IMG/VR virus record: IMGVR_UViG_3300032268_001605 | Span: 1-64,000 of that record | Strand: one strand, 5' to 3' | Source: a virus | Length of the DNA stretch: 64,000 nucleotides | Shown: one piece after another, positions 10,362 through 21,063 of the stretch | How the letters are laid out: the number at the start of each line of letters is the position of its first letter | How positions within the stretch are numbered: the first letter of the stretch is position 1 | Program-made: the position numbers and the translations under genes | The notes under the pieces: model-generated | The model's input: only the letters and a program-made list of their open reading frames with translations | Told to the model about the DNA's origin: nothing | Database searches by the model: none

Positions 10362-11188
10362 TTTTTATTTATTTTTTTTAGAAGCATGTGAGCAATACTA
10401 CCCTCGAAAAATAGTTCTATTATCTCGAAACTAGTTAATATGTGGAAAATCTTTATAAACTCCGAATGTGAACCAAGACAAGTACTATAAAATAGATAAT
10501 TTGTTGTTTCTAAGACTTCAGAAGATTCAAAATATTTTTCTATTGGTAGTTCACTCAAACTATGATTAGCAATTACTAAATCAAATTTTTGTTTTTTAAC
10601 TTCGTTTAAGCTATCTGAATATAAAATTCGTTCTAATTGAGTTTCATCAAGATTCTTTTTCAGGAAAAATTCTTGTAGTCTAGACATACCCGGTATGTCA
10701 ATAATTGTGTAATTGTTAATATTTATGACTAACTTGAACAGTAACCTACAAACATTGCCATATCCTCCGCCAAACTCCAATATTCTCAAATCTTCAATTT
10801 CGTTGAATCTGAAATGTTTTATTAAAAATGTTAGATATATCAAATGGTTCGCTGTAACATAAGAAGTAATTCTGGGACTTCTCTCACTGATAACTTTTTT
10901 CTGATCGTCTGTGTATCCGACCAAAGAGTCTCCTATTGAAGCTAGTTGTTGGAATATTTCTGGTGAAATTAAATTACAATGATTCATAGCATGGTTAAGT
11001 ATCTCATTGTAGTTGTCTATTCTAGCAATACAAAAATGAAAATTTTGATCTGATTGAAATTTTTCCAATTCCTCTTCCGTAAAGTCAGGAAATTTTATGT
11101 CTTCAACCCAATAGTCGTAGTCGACTTTTTGTAATTTTTTTTTGTTTTTTTTATAGATTTCTCTCAGTAAATTGTTTTTTTCAATCAT
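10349..11188 (-). CDS. Putative sugar O-methyltransferase (class I SAM)
   Basis: ILEFGGGYG, IIDIP, FDLVIANHSLSE. Confidence 0.8.
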   Translation of the reverse strand: MIEKNNLLREIYKKNKKKLQKVDYDYWVEDIKFPDFTEEELEKFQSDQNFHFCIARIDNYNEILNHAMNHCNLISPEIFQQLASIGDSLVGYTDDQKKVISERSPRITSYVTANHLIYLTFLIKHFRFNEIEDLRILEFGGGYGNVCRLLFKLVININNYTIIDIPGMSRLQEFFLKKNLDETQLERILYSDSLNEVKKQKFDLVIANHSLSELPIEKYFESSEVLETTNYLFYSTCLGSHSEFIKIFHILTSFEIIELFFEGSIAHMLLKKINKKCLK

Positions 11189-12039
11189 TTTAAATTATTT
11201 TTTTTTGTAATAAAATTTTGCAATTTTTTTCTAAGTTCCGATTTAAAGTTTACAAACCATTCATTAACTTTTTGATTTAATAATCTTTTATCAACATTGC
11301 TACATTGATTTTTCACATCATTCCAATCTTTTGCGACTATGAAAGGGTGATCGCCATAAATTTTCTCAAAATAGTCAGTGCCGTCTTTCTCGAAGATCGA
11401 AACAGGTATTGAACCACACTCAAGTGCCTCATTTATTCTAAAACTATCTAATGATATCCACCCTCTGGGACAAAGTGTGAACCAACTTCTACTCAAAACT
11501 TCTGAATATTGAGTTAGATTCAAAGAATCAGGATCATTCCACATTCTTGTCAGATAAAAATAAGAGTTGGGTAAAACTTTGAAAGTATTCAACATTTCAT
11601 ATCTATCCGACTTTAACTGTCCCACAAAATTAACTTCAATAGTTTTATCTGTTTGATTTTTTTTAACACCACTTTGATACCCTAATGGTATTGTCATCAA
11701 ATTGAATTTTTTTGTATATTCTTCATTATAATAGTTTCTAATTATTTTTCTCGAAACGTCATAAAAGTCTATGTTTTGTTCAAAAGCCTCATCAGATAAA
11801 TGTAGAATAGAATAGTTTAAATTTAATTTATTATACTCTTGTATATAAGAAATTAAACTATTATTAGAGTCTTTCCCAACCGATACAATTATGACAGAAT
11901 TATTTTCGAAAGTTTGAAATCTATTTTCAAAATCATCGATATGAGTTATTTCAAATTTTGAAAAAATTTCTTCAATCCAATTTAATGAAAAATTCTTTTC
12001 ATATTGAGATTTAACACACCAAATCATATTTATTTTCAT
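11185..12039 (-). CDS. Exostosin-like (GT47) glycosyltransferase
   Basis: FVGQ, S.FTLCPRG, SFRINEALECGSIPV. Confidence 0.82.
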   Translation of the reverse strand: MKINMIWCVKSQYEKNFSLNWIEEIFSKFEITHIDDFENRFQTFENNSVIIVSVGKDSNNSLISYIQEYNKLNLNYSILHLSDEAFEQNIDFYDVSRKIIRNYYNEEYTKKFNLMTIPLGYQSGVKKNQTDKTIEVNFVGQLKSDRYEMLNTFKVLPNSYFYLTRMWNDPDSLNLTQYSEVLSRSWFTLCPRGWISLDSFRINEALECGSIPVSIFEKDGTDYFEKIYGDHPFIVAKDWNDVKNQCSNVDKRLLNQKVNEWFVNFKSELRKKLQNFITKKNNLK

Positions 12040-12980
12040 CTTATATAAAAATTTTTGAATTTTTCCATTACTATTTCAGGTTTACAATCATGATAACAAG
12101 TCCAATCAAAATCTCTTTTTGGTTCAAATTTTTTAAAAATACTTAATAATTCTTGATAATCATCATAATAAAAACCCTTTCCACCAAGATATTCAATATG
12201 GTTTCTCTCCATAGAACCATACCAAGTTATTACTGGTTTATTTTTCATTGAGAATTCAGCACAAGTCAATCCGAAGGATTCTCCAATATGACGAGCATGA
12301 ATAAGAGCATCGGTAGTATTTATGAATTTAACTTTTGTATATAAGTCTGGCGAAGCAGGTAAATGTATTATTCGTTCATGTTCATAGAATTCGTCGGTAC
12401 CTTGAAATAAAAAATATACATCTTTTCTTATATTTAAAATATCAACTACAGCCTGTTTTGCGAATGGTAAATCAAAGGTATCATGTCCACCGTTTCTTCC
12501 AAAAACAACAGAGTCTATGGGAATACCCAATTCTTCTCTGAAGTTCGAATCGTGTTCTGGTAAATTTACCATGTAAGAAACATAATCTATCTGATTATTT
12601 GTAATTTTACTCAACCATTTGGAGCCCATCGCAAATCTGTCTCCGTGAATATCATTGGAATTACAAATTGTAATTGCGTTAATCCAATTCGAACAATATT
12701 TTGATATTACTCCATCTGGTTTTCCGCCTTTAATCATAAAAAAAGCATCACATTTCTCAGAAGAAAGTATTTCATCTATTTGATTCAAACTCTCATAGTT
12801 AAAAGTTTTAAATCTATTTTTAAATCTTTCTATAGCAATATTTTGATTATGTATAGACTTATTATTATAGAGAATAATTGGATCGATTCCCAAAAACTCT
12901 TCACTTTTTTCAGCAAAGTCCCAAAGTGCATTAGTCGTGCCTCTTACGCTCAATCCATTATCGTGAAAACATATTTTCAT
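12036..12980 (-). CDS. GT-B fold (GT4-like) glycosyltransferase
   Basis: RGT, HARHIGESFGLTCAEF, KPVIT. Confidence 0.75.
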   Translation of the reverse strand: MKICFHDNGLSVRGTTNALWDFAEKSEEFLGIDPIILYNNKSIHNQNIAIERFKNRFKTFNYESLNQIDEILSSEKCDAFFMIKGGKPDGVISKYCSNWINAITICNSNDIHGDRFAMGSKWLSKITNNQIDYVSYMVNLPEHDSNFREELGIPIDSVVFGRNGGHDTFDLPFAKQAVVDILNIRKDVYFLFQGTDEFYEHERIIHLPASPDLYTKVKFINTTDALIHARHIGESFGLTCAEFSMKNKPVITWYGSMERNHIEYLGGKGFYYDDYQELLSIFKKFEPKRDFDWTCYHDCKPEIVMEKFKNFYIR

Positions 12981-12983
12981 ATT

Positions 12984-13625
12984 TTAAACTTCAATTTGTT
13001 TTAAACCAGGTTCCAACCAAGCAACTTTCAATTGATTTAATTGGATAACTTCGTTCATTTTAATATCTATTGGATTGTTTATATTTCCAAATCCAATAAT
13101 GAGTTTATCTACACATTTTATATCAACCAGATAAGCATGAGTACATCGTGTTTTCTGTAGTGGATGATAATGAATTGAATTACCCTCAATTACATTCGGT
13201 GATACAAAATCTGAAAAACCACCCAACATAACTATATCATAATTTCCTGTCCGCATCTCACTTGAAACTTTTTCTAAAATTGATATAAAGTTGTTTGGAA
13301 TTTCGCAATCATCTTCCAAAATTAAAATTTTTTCAAAATGATTATCTCTTTGTTTCTCCCAACAATTAATATGTTTCAAAACCAGACTCAAGCTCCCAGG
13401 ACTAATTTTTTTAGGATAATTATAATATGAATAATACTTGATTTGTTGTATGATTATAGGGTAATATTGATTTGAATTCTTAACAATTTCCTCATAATCC
13501 AATTCCTCCGGAGAAAAATTTTCGATAATTTCGTAGCTTATACCTTCATAATTGAGCCTTTCGGTAATGTGTTTTCTTCGCTTATCAAAAGCCGGATGAC
13601 TTAATAGATACACTTTATCAATCAT
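12984..13625 (-). CDS. GT25-like glycosyltransferase
   Basis: RRKHI, SLVLKH, LILEDD, THAYLV, PID. Confidence 0.8.
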   Translation of the reverse strand: MIDKVYLLSHPAFDKRRKHITERLNYEGISYEIIENFSPEELDYEEIVKNSNQYYPIIIQQIKYYSYYNYPKKISPGSLSLVLKHINCWEKQRDNHFEKILILEDDCEIPNNFISILEKVSSEMRTGNYDIVMLGGFSDFVSPNVIEGNSIHYHPLQKTRCTHAYLVDIKCVDKLIIGFGNINNPIDIKMNEVIQLNQLKVAWLEPGLKQIEV

Positions 13626-13626
13626 T

Positions 13627-14502
13627 TTAATCTAATATTTTTTTAAAAAAATTTAATACATTTTCAGGTTGAACAAAATCAGGTATTTTATTATCTACAA
13701 ACCAAGGTTGATTTATCATATCGTTATATAGATTTTCGTCCGAATCAATTTTTATGATTTGCTCTATAAATTCTTCGTCAGATTTATAGTCATGATAGTT
13801 CAAAAAAGAGTTCCTGTTAAAATCATTAGAAACAAATGGATCACCCCAGTAAATCGGTATACACCCAGCGAACATCGAGTTTATTATCTTTTCAGTACAA
13901 TAACCCGAGTGGCTAGAATTCTCGAAAGATACGTTGAACTTATATTCTTTTAGGAAGTTTATTTTATAAATTTGGTCACCTCTACCAGGAACTAAAGGAA
14001 TATTGTTAAAGAGTCTGCCACCACAATCTATATGCTTATATCTATAGAGTTTTGGAACAAAATCTAATCGTTTTCCCATCGGTTTAGACGCTATAAAACT
14101 ACAAAATTTTGTTTTTTGAGGTATTTTCTTATTGAGGAAATCGTCTATACTGTGTAAATAAGCTTGATCTCTTTCGTCTCTATAAGGTCGGTCAAACCAG
14201 TTTAATATCAGTGCCCAAAGTGGTAAGCGATAATTCCTCGGGTCCGAAGAATAATCAAACGAGATTGAATAGTGACAATTTGTATAATCAGGTCGAAAGT
14301 TTTCACCGGTATACAAAATTTTAATAACCTTCTTCATATCATATTTCAAATGGTTATTTGAGTATACTGTATAAAAAAGTACATCAGGGTTGATATTATC
14401 GATTTCTATCTCATACCGCAGAGAGAGTAGGTTATAGAAGTAATTATCAGTTGGTATCAGTTCACCCCAAAAATCAGAAAAACCAATTTTTATTTTTCTC
14501 AT
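13627..14502 (-). CDS. GT10 alpha-1,3-fucosyltransferase
   Basis: YTGEN, FCSFIAS, YKFNVSFENS, GYCTEKI, IPIYWG. Confidence 0.92.
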   Translation of the reverse strand: MRKIKIGFSDFWGELIPTDNYFYNLLSLRYEIEIDNINPDVLFYTVYSNNHLKYDMKKVIKILYTGENFRPDYTNCHYSISFDYSSDPRNYRLPLWALILNWFDRPYRDERDQAYLHSIDDFLNKKIPQKTKFCSFIASKPMGKRLDFVPKLYRYKHIDCGGRLFNNIPLVPGRGDQIYKINFLKEYKFNVSFENSSHSGYCTEKIINSMFAGCIPIYWGDPFVSNDFNRNSFLNYHDYKSDEEFIEQIIKIDSDENLYNDMINQPWFVDNKIPDFVQPENVLNFFKKILD

Positions 14503-15986
14503 AATCTTTTAATTATTATTTTTGATAGCGATTCCAAACTAAAAAAATCATCATACACTTTTATTGCATTCTCTGACATTTGTTTAATTCTATCTTGACT
14601 AATTTGGGTCAATATTGAGTCTAATTGATTTAATTGAGAATAATGTACTGATACAGAAAAATCATCCCAATTGACATCACTTTTAAATGCTCTCCAATCT
14701 TCATCAAAAATATAAACAGGTATACTACCTAATTGCATAGCCTCATACATTCTAAATGAATTTCTACCATAGCCCCTCGGGCACAAGGTAAATACGCTTC
14801 TTGATGTGATATCCATGAATTCTTCTAATTGGTTATTACTCACTTTATCAGTCCATTGTTTATATTTCAAAAGATATTTCTGATTTGAATTCAACACATT
14901 TATCATTTCTTGTCTGATTTGGTGTGTAACAGAACCAACAAAGGAACAGAATATATCTTTTTCTCTCCTAATTTTATATTTGTCTGGAATTGGTGAACAA
15001 ACCAACGGAATTGGTATACCAATTGAATTCCCACCAGCACAAAATTTTAATGTACCCGAAGGTAACCATTCCCTTATAGCATCATCATGTTGACTGACAG
15101 TAAAGTATTTCTTTGTTTTATCTAAACTCAAAATCTTTTCTTGAAGTAAGGGTAGATTTACATTTTGTATATAACAAGTTGTCCAGTCTACTGGAATCAA
15201 GTGAACACTCTTTTTAATTACGTTATTCTTAAAAAATTCAATAAAATAAGAATCTAAATATTTACCTTCATGATAAGGAGGATAAATAGGATATGTAGGT
15301 TCTGGTCGAAACTCTTTAAAATATTCAAATAAAAAGCTTTGATAATCAGATTTATTACATTTTACTTGTTTTTTTAACTCTTGTTTATATTTAACCAACT
15401 CTAATAATTTTATCTTATTATCGATACCTTCTGTCCAATTTGAGTGGTGCATCAATATATCATCAGGTATATCAAAATTTTGTCCTTTCCACTGCTGTTG
15501 ATATGCGCCGAAAGTCCAAAATTTATTTGACAATACTTTCACCTTACAAAAGTTTAGATTCATATTCAAAGCATGTTGGTCTTCTCTATAAAGATTGTGA
15601 TTATCCTTCATAGATTGAAACATTTTGAGTGTTCTTTCATTACCTCTGCAGATAAAAAAACCAGAACATAACCCACCTGCGTAATCATTTTGGATAGCAA
15701 TATCAGCATCACCAAGTTCTCCAACGAGAGTCTCTTTTATAGAACCAAAAAATTGAATATCAACATCTGAAAAGATGAATACTCCATCCATATTTTCCTT
15801 TACTCCTTTCAAGAAGACATCAACCTTCTTCATAGTAGTTGTTTTCCAACCATCTTGATAGTATGATCCAGACTTACAATCTTGTTCTCCAATTGTAGCA
15901 TCAATTTCCAAATCCACTAATGATTTCTTAAAATAGTTTTCAAAAAGATTAGCGTGACTTTCTGTATAATATGTATATACTTTCAT
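14499..15986 (-). CDS. Bifunctional glycosyltransferase: GT77-like nucleotide-diphospho-sugar transferase plus exostosin (GT47)
   Basis: N-half FSDVDIQF, CSGFF, EDQHALN, HHSNW; C-half FVGS, FTLCPRGYG, SFRMYEAMQLGSIPV. Confidence 0.82.
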   Translation of the reverse strand: MKVYTYYTESHANLFENYFKKSLVDLEIDATIGEQDCKSGSYYQDGWKTTTMKKVDVFLKGVKENMDGVFIFSDVDIQFFGSIKETLVGELGDADIAIQNDYAGGLCSGFFICRGNERTLKMFQSMKDNHNLYREDQHALNMNLNFCKVKVLSNKFWTFGAYQQQWKGQNFDIPDDILMHHSNWTEGIDNKIKLLELVKYKQELKKQVKCNKSDYQSFLFEYFKEFRPEPTYPIYPPYHEGKYLDSYFIEFFKNNVIKKSVHLIPVDWTTCYIQNVNLPLLQEKILSLDKTKKYFTVSQHDDAIREWLPSGTLKFCAGGNSIGIPIPLVCSPIPDKYKIRREKDIFCSFVGSVTHQIRQEMINVLNSNQKYLLKYKQWTDKVSNNQLEEFMDITSRSVFTLCPRGYGRNSFRMYEAMQLGSIPVYIFDEDWRAFKSDVNWDDFSVSVHYSQLNQLDSILTQISQDRIKQMSENAIKVYDDFFSLESLSKIIIKRL

Positions 15987-16004
15987 TTTTATTTTTATTT
16001 TTAT

Positions 16005-16853
16005 TTACCAATAGCATCCACCTTCAACATATATACCTAATTCAGGCATCTCCTCTTGTGAAGGTCTTGTCCAATTTTCATTATAAAACTTATTTACATC
16101 AGGACTCGAATCCCATCTTTTTCCTTTAATCCCAAAATATAGTTGAAGTCCACCACCAATATAAACTGATGACTTACCTAAATTCTTTTTGATAAAATTA
16201 CCCAAAGGCAATCCATAAGAGCCACAACCGAGTAAAGCTATATCAAAATCAATATTGGAAATATCATCACACATAATTTGAAAAGATTCATACCAGTCTT
16301 TGTGTGGTCCTCTTCCACCAATTGATTGAATTGATTTATAGACTATCCATTCAGCATCTGGTAAAACATCAGAGTTTTCCCATATTGTTGTTCTCTTTTT
16401 TAATTGATTTTCGACAGTATCTTTAAATGGAGTTACAATAAGTATCTTTTTACCTTTTAGAGCTGATGTCCATGGATTTTCGAATCTAAAAGATTCTAAT
16501 GCACCAGGCTCTATCAATATCTTATCGTTAGGTACTAAAAAATCTTCCATTTCAACAAATCCTGGAAAATTCCAATAAGCATGTAAATCTGAATTATTAC
16601 AAGCCTCTTTATACATCTTAGCATAGTCTATTAAATTGTTAGTGCCATAAAATCCAGCATTGACAAAGAACCAAGACAAAACTTGTTGGTTCGGAATTTG
16701 ATTGTTTAAGACGAGAGAAGAAACCGCAGTTTCACCACCTAAACCTACCCTTGTAATAAAGAAATTATTATTAGTTTGTATCAAATATTTAATTTTTTCG
16801 TTACTTTTACTTTCTGATAATCTAGTTTCAACTCTATTTAACATATTTTTCAT
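16005..16853 (-). CDS. Hypothetical glycan-cluster protein (possible GT-D-like)
   Basis: R.G..E, KILIVTPF, FDIALLGCGSYG, GGGLQLYFGIKGKRW. Confidence 0.55.
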   Translation of the reverse strand: MKNMLNRVETRLSESKSNEKIKYLIQTNNNFFITRVGLGGETAVSSLVLNNQIPNQQVLSWFFVNAGFYGTNNLIDYAKMYKEACNNSDLHAYWNFPGFVEMEDFLVPNDKILIEPGALESFRFENPWTSALKGKKILIVTPFKDTVENQLKKRTTIWENSDVLPDAEWIVYKSIQSIGGRGPHKDWYESFQIMCDDISNIDFDIALLGCGSYGLPLGNFIKKNLGKSSVYIGGGLQLYFGIKGKRWDSSPDVNKFYNENWTRPSQEEMPELGIYVEGGCYW

Positions 16854-17439
16854 TATAAATTTTTAAGTCATTTGACTTTATACTATCAAATTCTTTCATA
16901 TCAGATGTTGTACACATTTTAGTATTTATTGGCAATCCGATAATTTTTCTTCTATTTTCAAATCTGTCAAAAATAAAATCATCACCACACCAAATTTTCA
17001 TTTCATCCGGAATGTTAATCCAACTTTCTTTTTTGAAAATCAATAAACATCCCCATCCCCAATCTCTTTTTTCGGCATTTTGTAGGTTGAAAGTCTTATT
17101 TTCAGACTTATAACAACTGAAATCAGTCCCGATGATTGTGTTATGTTCAAGTTTGAGATTAGTCAAAAAATCAAAAGACAAAAGTATATCGTCGTTCAAT
17201 ATAAGTATATTCTCAAATTTACTTTTACTTACACCTAAATTCCAGGATGGATTTACAAAAATGTTCTTTTCTTGTGGATGATATTTTATTTTTTCATAAG
17301 TGATAATTTCTTTGTTGGTATTTAAAATATCATTATCTATAATTATAATTTCACCTATTAAGTCACTTTTTACTAAGTTATTTAGTAAATCTGATAAAGT
17401 ATTTGATTTCCACATTGTTGGAATTATTACTGAATACAT
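16834..17439 (-). CDS. GT2 glycosyltransferase
   Basis: SVIIPT, IIIDN, WNLG, ILNDD, GDD. Confidence 0.85.
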   Translation of the reverse strand: MYSVIIPTMWKSNTLSDLLNNLVKSDLIGEIIIIDNDILNTNKEIITYEKIKYHPQEKNIFVNPSWNLGVSKSKFENILILNDDILLSFDFLTNLKLEHNTIIGTDFSCYKSENKTFNLQNAEKRDWGWGCLLIFKKESWINIPDEMKIWCGDDFIFDRFENRRKIIGLPINTKMCTTSDMKEFDSIKSNDLKIYNEKYVK

Positions 17440-17446
17440 ATCTATT

Positions 17447-18100
17447 TTATTTTCTTTTTATAATTGATGTTGTTGACCCTCTTTTTATTTCAATTATTTC
17501 TATTGAAGATATTTGTTTTAAAATTTCTTCGAATTCAATTTTATTCAAATAATAGTCAGATCCTTGAGAAATGTCACCATTCTTCAAATCATTTAGAAGC
17601 CTAATTGTATTGTTAGTATCTGTTCTACCATAATTACATCCGTCGTAAAAATCCACGTTGGAAGTGTGAAGATCTTCTAATATATAAATTCCTCCATGTT
17701 TTAATTTATGAAATATAGTTTTTATCGTATTCTGTTGTTGAAACATAGTATGACCACCATCGTCAATAATTACATCAAATTCATCTGGCAAACTTAGTAA
17801 CTCAACAGATTTCTCTTGATTAACGACTAGTGTTGTAGTTTTTTTCGTATCGAAAAATATACCACGAGAGGAAAATTCACGTTTGCGCCACTCTTCAGTA
17901 TTTATGTCTACACCAAAGATTTTACCATTCGAAAAGTACTCTTCCCACATCTTCAATGATGCACCGGAGCTAATTCCTATTTCTAAAATCTTTATTTCTT
18001 TGTTTCGTAATTCACCTAAGACTTCCTCATACAAACCTAAATAATTATGATGAGTCGCTTTGTCTGTTTTGTACTTCATTCCGATTTCATGTAATGTCAT
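17447..18100 (-). CDS. Class I SAM-dependent (sugar) O-methyltransferase
   Basis: TDK...H.Y, LEIGI..GAS, GVDI, IIDDGGH, GGIYILEDLHTS. Confidence 0.88.
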   Translation of the reverse strand: MTLHEIGMKYKTDKATHHNYLGLYEEVLGELRNKEIKILEIGISSGASLKMWEEYFSNGKIFGVDINTEEWRKREFSSRGIFFDTKKTTTLVVNQEKSVELLSLPDEFDVIIDDGGHTMFQQQNTIKTIFHKLKHGGIYILEDLHTSNVDFYDGCNYGRTDTNNTIRLLNDLKNGDISQGSDYYLNKIEFEEILKQISSIEIIEIKRGSTTSIIKRK

Positions 18101-18118
18101 ATTTTATATAATTTTTTT

Positions 18119-18817
18119 TTAAAAATGTTTTATTATTTGTTTCCAACTTTCTTTTTCTAAATCGTCAGTTGGTTCTACTAACAGATAGGGACCGAAAACT
18201 ATATCAGTATGATTATAAGTTCTATAGTTCGAAGTATGTAAGTGTTTAGTAATTATCTTTCTACTTGGATTCTTTACATTATATCCAAGTTCGTGATAAA
18301 TAGCCACAATCCTATTGTCACATCCTGGTTTACCCATCAAGAAATTGCTTCTATCGTCAATTTTTATAGGAGTTTTGAATATCCAAGAATCCTGTGATAA
18401 CATACCCATAGTCCAGTTATTATCTCTATAAGGCCCATTAAAAAATCTCATGTACCATTGTTTATTCTCAGTGAATAAATCCCATCTCGTTAATGCTAAA
18501 AATTGATTTTCTAAGTTATAATTAACCAAGTTTCCTAGACTTTTATCGAAAATAATATCAGTATTACCAATAATACAAATCTCTTCTGGATAATTATTAT
18601 TACAATATTCAAATAAATACTTAAAAGTGGGTCTTTCTTTAAGATAAACAATCTCAATTTTTTCAGATTCGAAATCTAATTTTGAAATTTCGTCTGAAAT
18701 AAAAATTACTATTTTATCTATAGTTTCGCAATTTACGTTCTCTTTAATACAAGCTTTGTATTCAAAGTCTCTATTAGTATTACTTGATGTAAAATATTCA
18801 ATTAAAAGTATCATCAA
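18119..18817 (-). CDS. Hypothetical GT-A-like protein
   Basis: NTDIIF, ALTRW, SQDSWIF, GKPGCDN, HLH. Confidence 0.5.
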   Translation of the reverse strand: MMILLIEYFTSSNTNRDFEYKACIKENVNCETIDKIVIFISDEISKLDFESEKIEIVYLKERPTFKYLFEYCNNNYPEEICIIGNTDIIFDKSLGNLVNYNLENQFLALTRWDLFTENKQWYMRFFNGPYRDNNWTMGMLSQDSWIFKTPIKIDDRSNFLMGKPGCDNRIVAIYHELGYNVKNPSRKIITKHLHTSNYRTYNHTDIVFGPYLLVEPTDDLEKESWKQIIKHF

Positions 18818-18835
18818 TTTTAAGTCTCTTTATTC

Positions 18836-19795
18836 CTACTTATAAACAAATTTTTTTAATTGTTCATAAATATCTTCTTTTTGTTGCAAATAGTTAAATC
18901 TTATCAACTCAAAACCATTCACTTCACACCATTTATTTTTTATCTCATCTCTAACCTTCAATTTTTCGAACTCTTCCATACCACCAAACATCTCAACTGG
19001 CTTAAAATGTTGCATACCATCAAATTCAATACAGACATTAAAATCCGGTAAATAAAAATCAAATCTCAATTTAGATGATGAAATACAATCTTTTAAAGAT
19101 TTATTGTAAATATATTTTATTTCATTTCTATCAAAAAAATCAGCAATCAGTACCTCACCATACGACATCTGAGTTCTTTTATCAATTCCTAAAAAGTCGT
19201 TCCAATCTATCCATCCTTTGCCCACGTACAATTTTTCAGGTTTCTTTGTCATGCCTTTTGGTAAATCACGAAACTTTATTTTATACCATTGTTTTTGAAA
19301 TTTCAAATTTAAACTTCGTGAATATTCTCTAGCAATCTCAAAATCGACTAAGTTTTCTATTTGGTCAACTGAGTTATCTGTATCCAAAAAATGAACCCAA
19401 CCTTCCCATTCCTCCTTATAAACACTTCTCGGGTCGTATGGTATTTTTATGTCCAATTTAATAATGTCTTTGATTCTTCTAAAATAGTCAGATTTACTTA
19501 AGAAATTATATTGTCTAACTGCTTCTTTACATTCTTTATAAGAATAATATGTTCCATTATATTTTTTTTTATAGACTTCATCTCTCAAAAAGATAGACCA
19601 TCCTTCCCATATTTCTTTTGAGTAGAAGGCTGATGGATTATATGGTATATTTATACCATCTATGATGAAATTATTTGAAACATGAGAAAGATATTCATCC
19701 TTTTTACGGATATTATTTTCCCTCACATACCTCTTCAAGTCTTCATATTTTATGAATTTATCTCTATCTTTCACTACTTTTCTTTTGACCGACAT
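18836..19795 (-). CDS. Free-standing homing-endonuclease-like protein (W-x-G-W repeats plus Vsr/DUF559-like nuclease)
   Basis: Three P..P...Y...W.GW..FL repeats, then SYGE, RFDFYLP, IEFDGMQH, D..KN.W. Confidence 0.8.
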   Translation of the reverse strand: MSVKRKVVKDRDKFIKYEDLKRYVRENNIRKKDEYLSHVSNNFIIDGINIPYNPSAFYSKEIWEGWSIFLRDEVYKKKYNGTYYSYKECKEAVRQYNFLSKSDYFRRIKDIIKLDIKIPYDPRSVYKEEWEGWVHFLDTDNSVDQIENLVDFEIAREYSRSLNLKFQKQWYKIKFRDLPKGMTKKPEKLYVGKGWIDWNDFLGIDKRTQMSYGEVLIADFFDRNEIKYIYNKSLKDCISSSKLRFDFYLPDFNVCIEFDGMQHFKPVEMFGGMEEFEKLKVRDEIKNKWCEVNGFELIRFNYLQQKEDIYEQLKKFVYK

Positions 19796-19844
19796 ATCCC
19801 TACTTTTTATTTCTATATATTAAAAAGTATATAGTCTATATAAT

Positions 19845-19870
19845 AAAAAAGAGGATTAAAAATCCTCTTT
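19845..19870. terminator. Hairpin terminator after clp fragment 3
   Basis: aaagaggatt-aaa-aatcctcttt with A-run (T-run on minus strand). Confidence 0.7.
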
Positions 19871-19878
19871 ATCATAAC

Positions 19879-21063
19879 TTAATCTTCTTTTTTCTTTTTA
19901 GAAGTTACTTTTTTCTTTTTATCACTTTCTATTTTAGTTACATCATTTTCAGAATCATATGATATTTTAAATACTGTTCCAGTCGATGGACTTTCCAATA
20001 GTACATCAATTAAATTGTCGTCTATCCATTTTCTAATAGCTCTTTTCATTGGTCTTGCTCCATATTGTGGATCATATCCAACCTCTATTAGTTTTTCAAT
20101 CATTGTCTCATCGATTTCAGCGTTGAACCCCAATTCTTTTAGTCTATTGATTGATTTTTCCAATTCTAAAAATAAAATTTTACGAATATCATCTTTACTT
20201 AAATCATTAAAATAAATTATCTCTTCAATTCTATTTATGAACTCTGGTGCAAATTTCTTCTTCAATTCTTTTTCCAGAATCCCTTTTATTTGGTCTGTTC
20301 TGTCTTCAGTTTTATTTTTAGTAGCAAACCCTACACCAGTACCAAAATCCTTAACAACTCTTGTTCCGACATTTGAAGTCATTAGTATAATGCAATTCTT
20401 GAAAGATACTTTTCTACCATGAGTATCCGTCATGTGGCCATCATCAAATGCTTGTAAGAAAATATTATAAACATCCGAGTGAGCCTTTTCAACTTCATCC
20501 ATCAATAGTACACAATATGGTTTTCTTCTTATTACGTCAAGTAGATTACTATCATCATATCCAATATAACCGCTGGGCGAACCCAAAATCCTGTTTATCG
20601 AAATTTTTTCTGAATACTCAGACATATCAATTCTAATCATCGAATCCTCCGAATCGAAAAGATATTTTGCTAATTGTTTAGCTAATTCTGTATTATGTGA
20701 TAATATACCATTTGTGAAATATCTTTTTTTAGAGTTATCTACCAGTTGAAAGTCATACATATTTTCAACTCTATCCGTTTTGGTCACATCAATCACTATT
20801 GCGTAACCATCGTCTGTCTTGACCCTATCCCCAATTTCAAGATCCTTAACAAAAACCTCACTCATATCGTCATAGAATACAATATGATCGTCAGCACATT
20901 CTATTTCATATCCATTAGATAACTTTAAAGTCCAAACATCGTATGGAATAGTTTCATGTAAATATTTCAAATCCACAAAACCATCATCTGTTAAAATTTC
21001 ATATTCACTCAAATCATAAGTTTTGGTGAATTTTTTTTCTTCCTTTTTACTATAAACTTCCAT
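19879..21063 (-). CDS. clpC: ClpC-type ATPase fragment 3: C-intein (124 aa) plus remainder of AAA domain 2 (270 aa)
   Basis: Likely start MEVYSKK at 21063; intein blocks IECADDH, MYDF, NGILSHN then TELAK, RIDMSEY, LLMDEVEKAH, IILMTSN, PEFINRI, YGARP. Confidence 0.92.
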   Translation of the reverse strand: MEVYSKKEEKKFTKTYDLSEYEILTDDGFVDLKYLHETIPYDVWTLKLSNGYEIECADDHIVFYDDMSEVFVKDLEIGDRVKTDDGYAIVIDVTKTDRVENMYDFQLVDNSKKRYFTNGILSHNTELAKQLAKYLFDSEDSMIRIDMSEYSEKISINRILGSPSGYIGYDDSNLLDVIRRKPYCVLLMDEVEKAHSDVYNIFLQAFDDGHMTDTHGRKVSFKNCIILMTSNVGTRVVKDFGTGVGFATKNKTEDRTDQIKGILEKELKKKFAPEFINRIEEIIYFNDLSKDDIRKILFLELEKSINRLKELGFNAEIDETMIEKLIEVGYDPQYGARPMKRAIRKWIDDNLIDVLLESPSTGTVFKISYDSENDVTKIESDKKKKVTSKKKKED

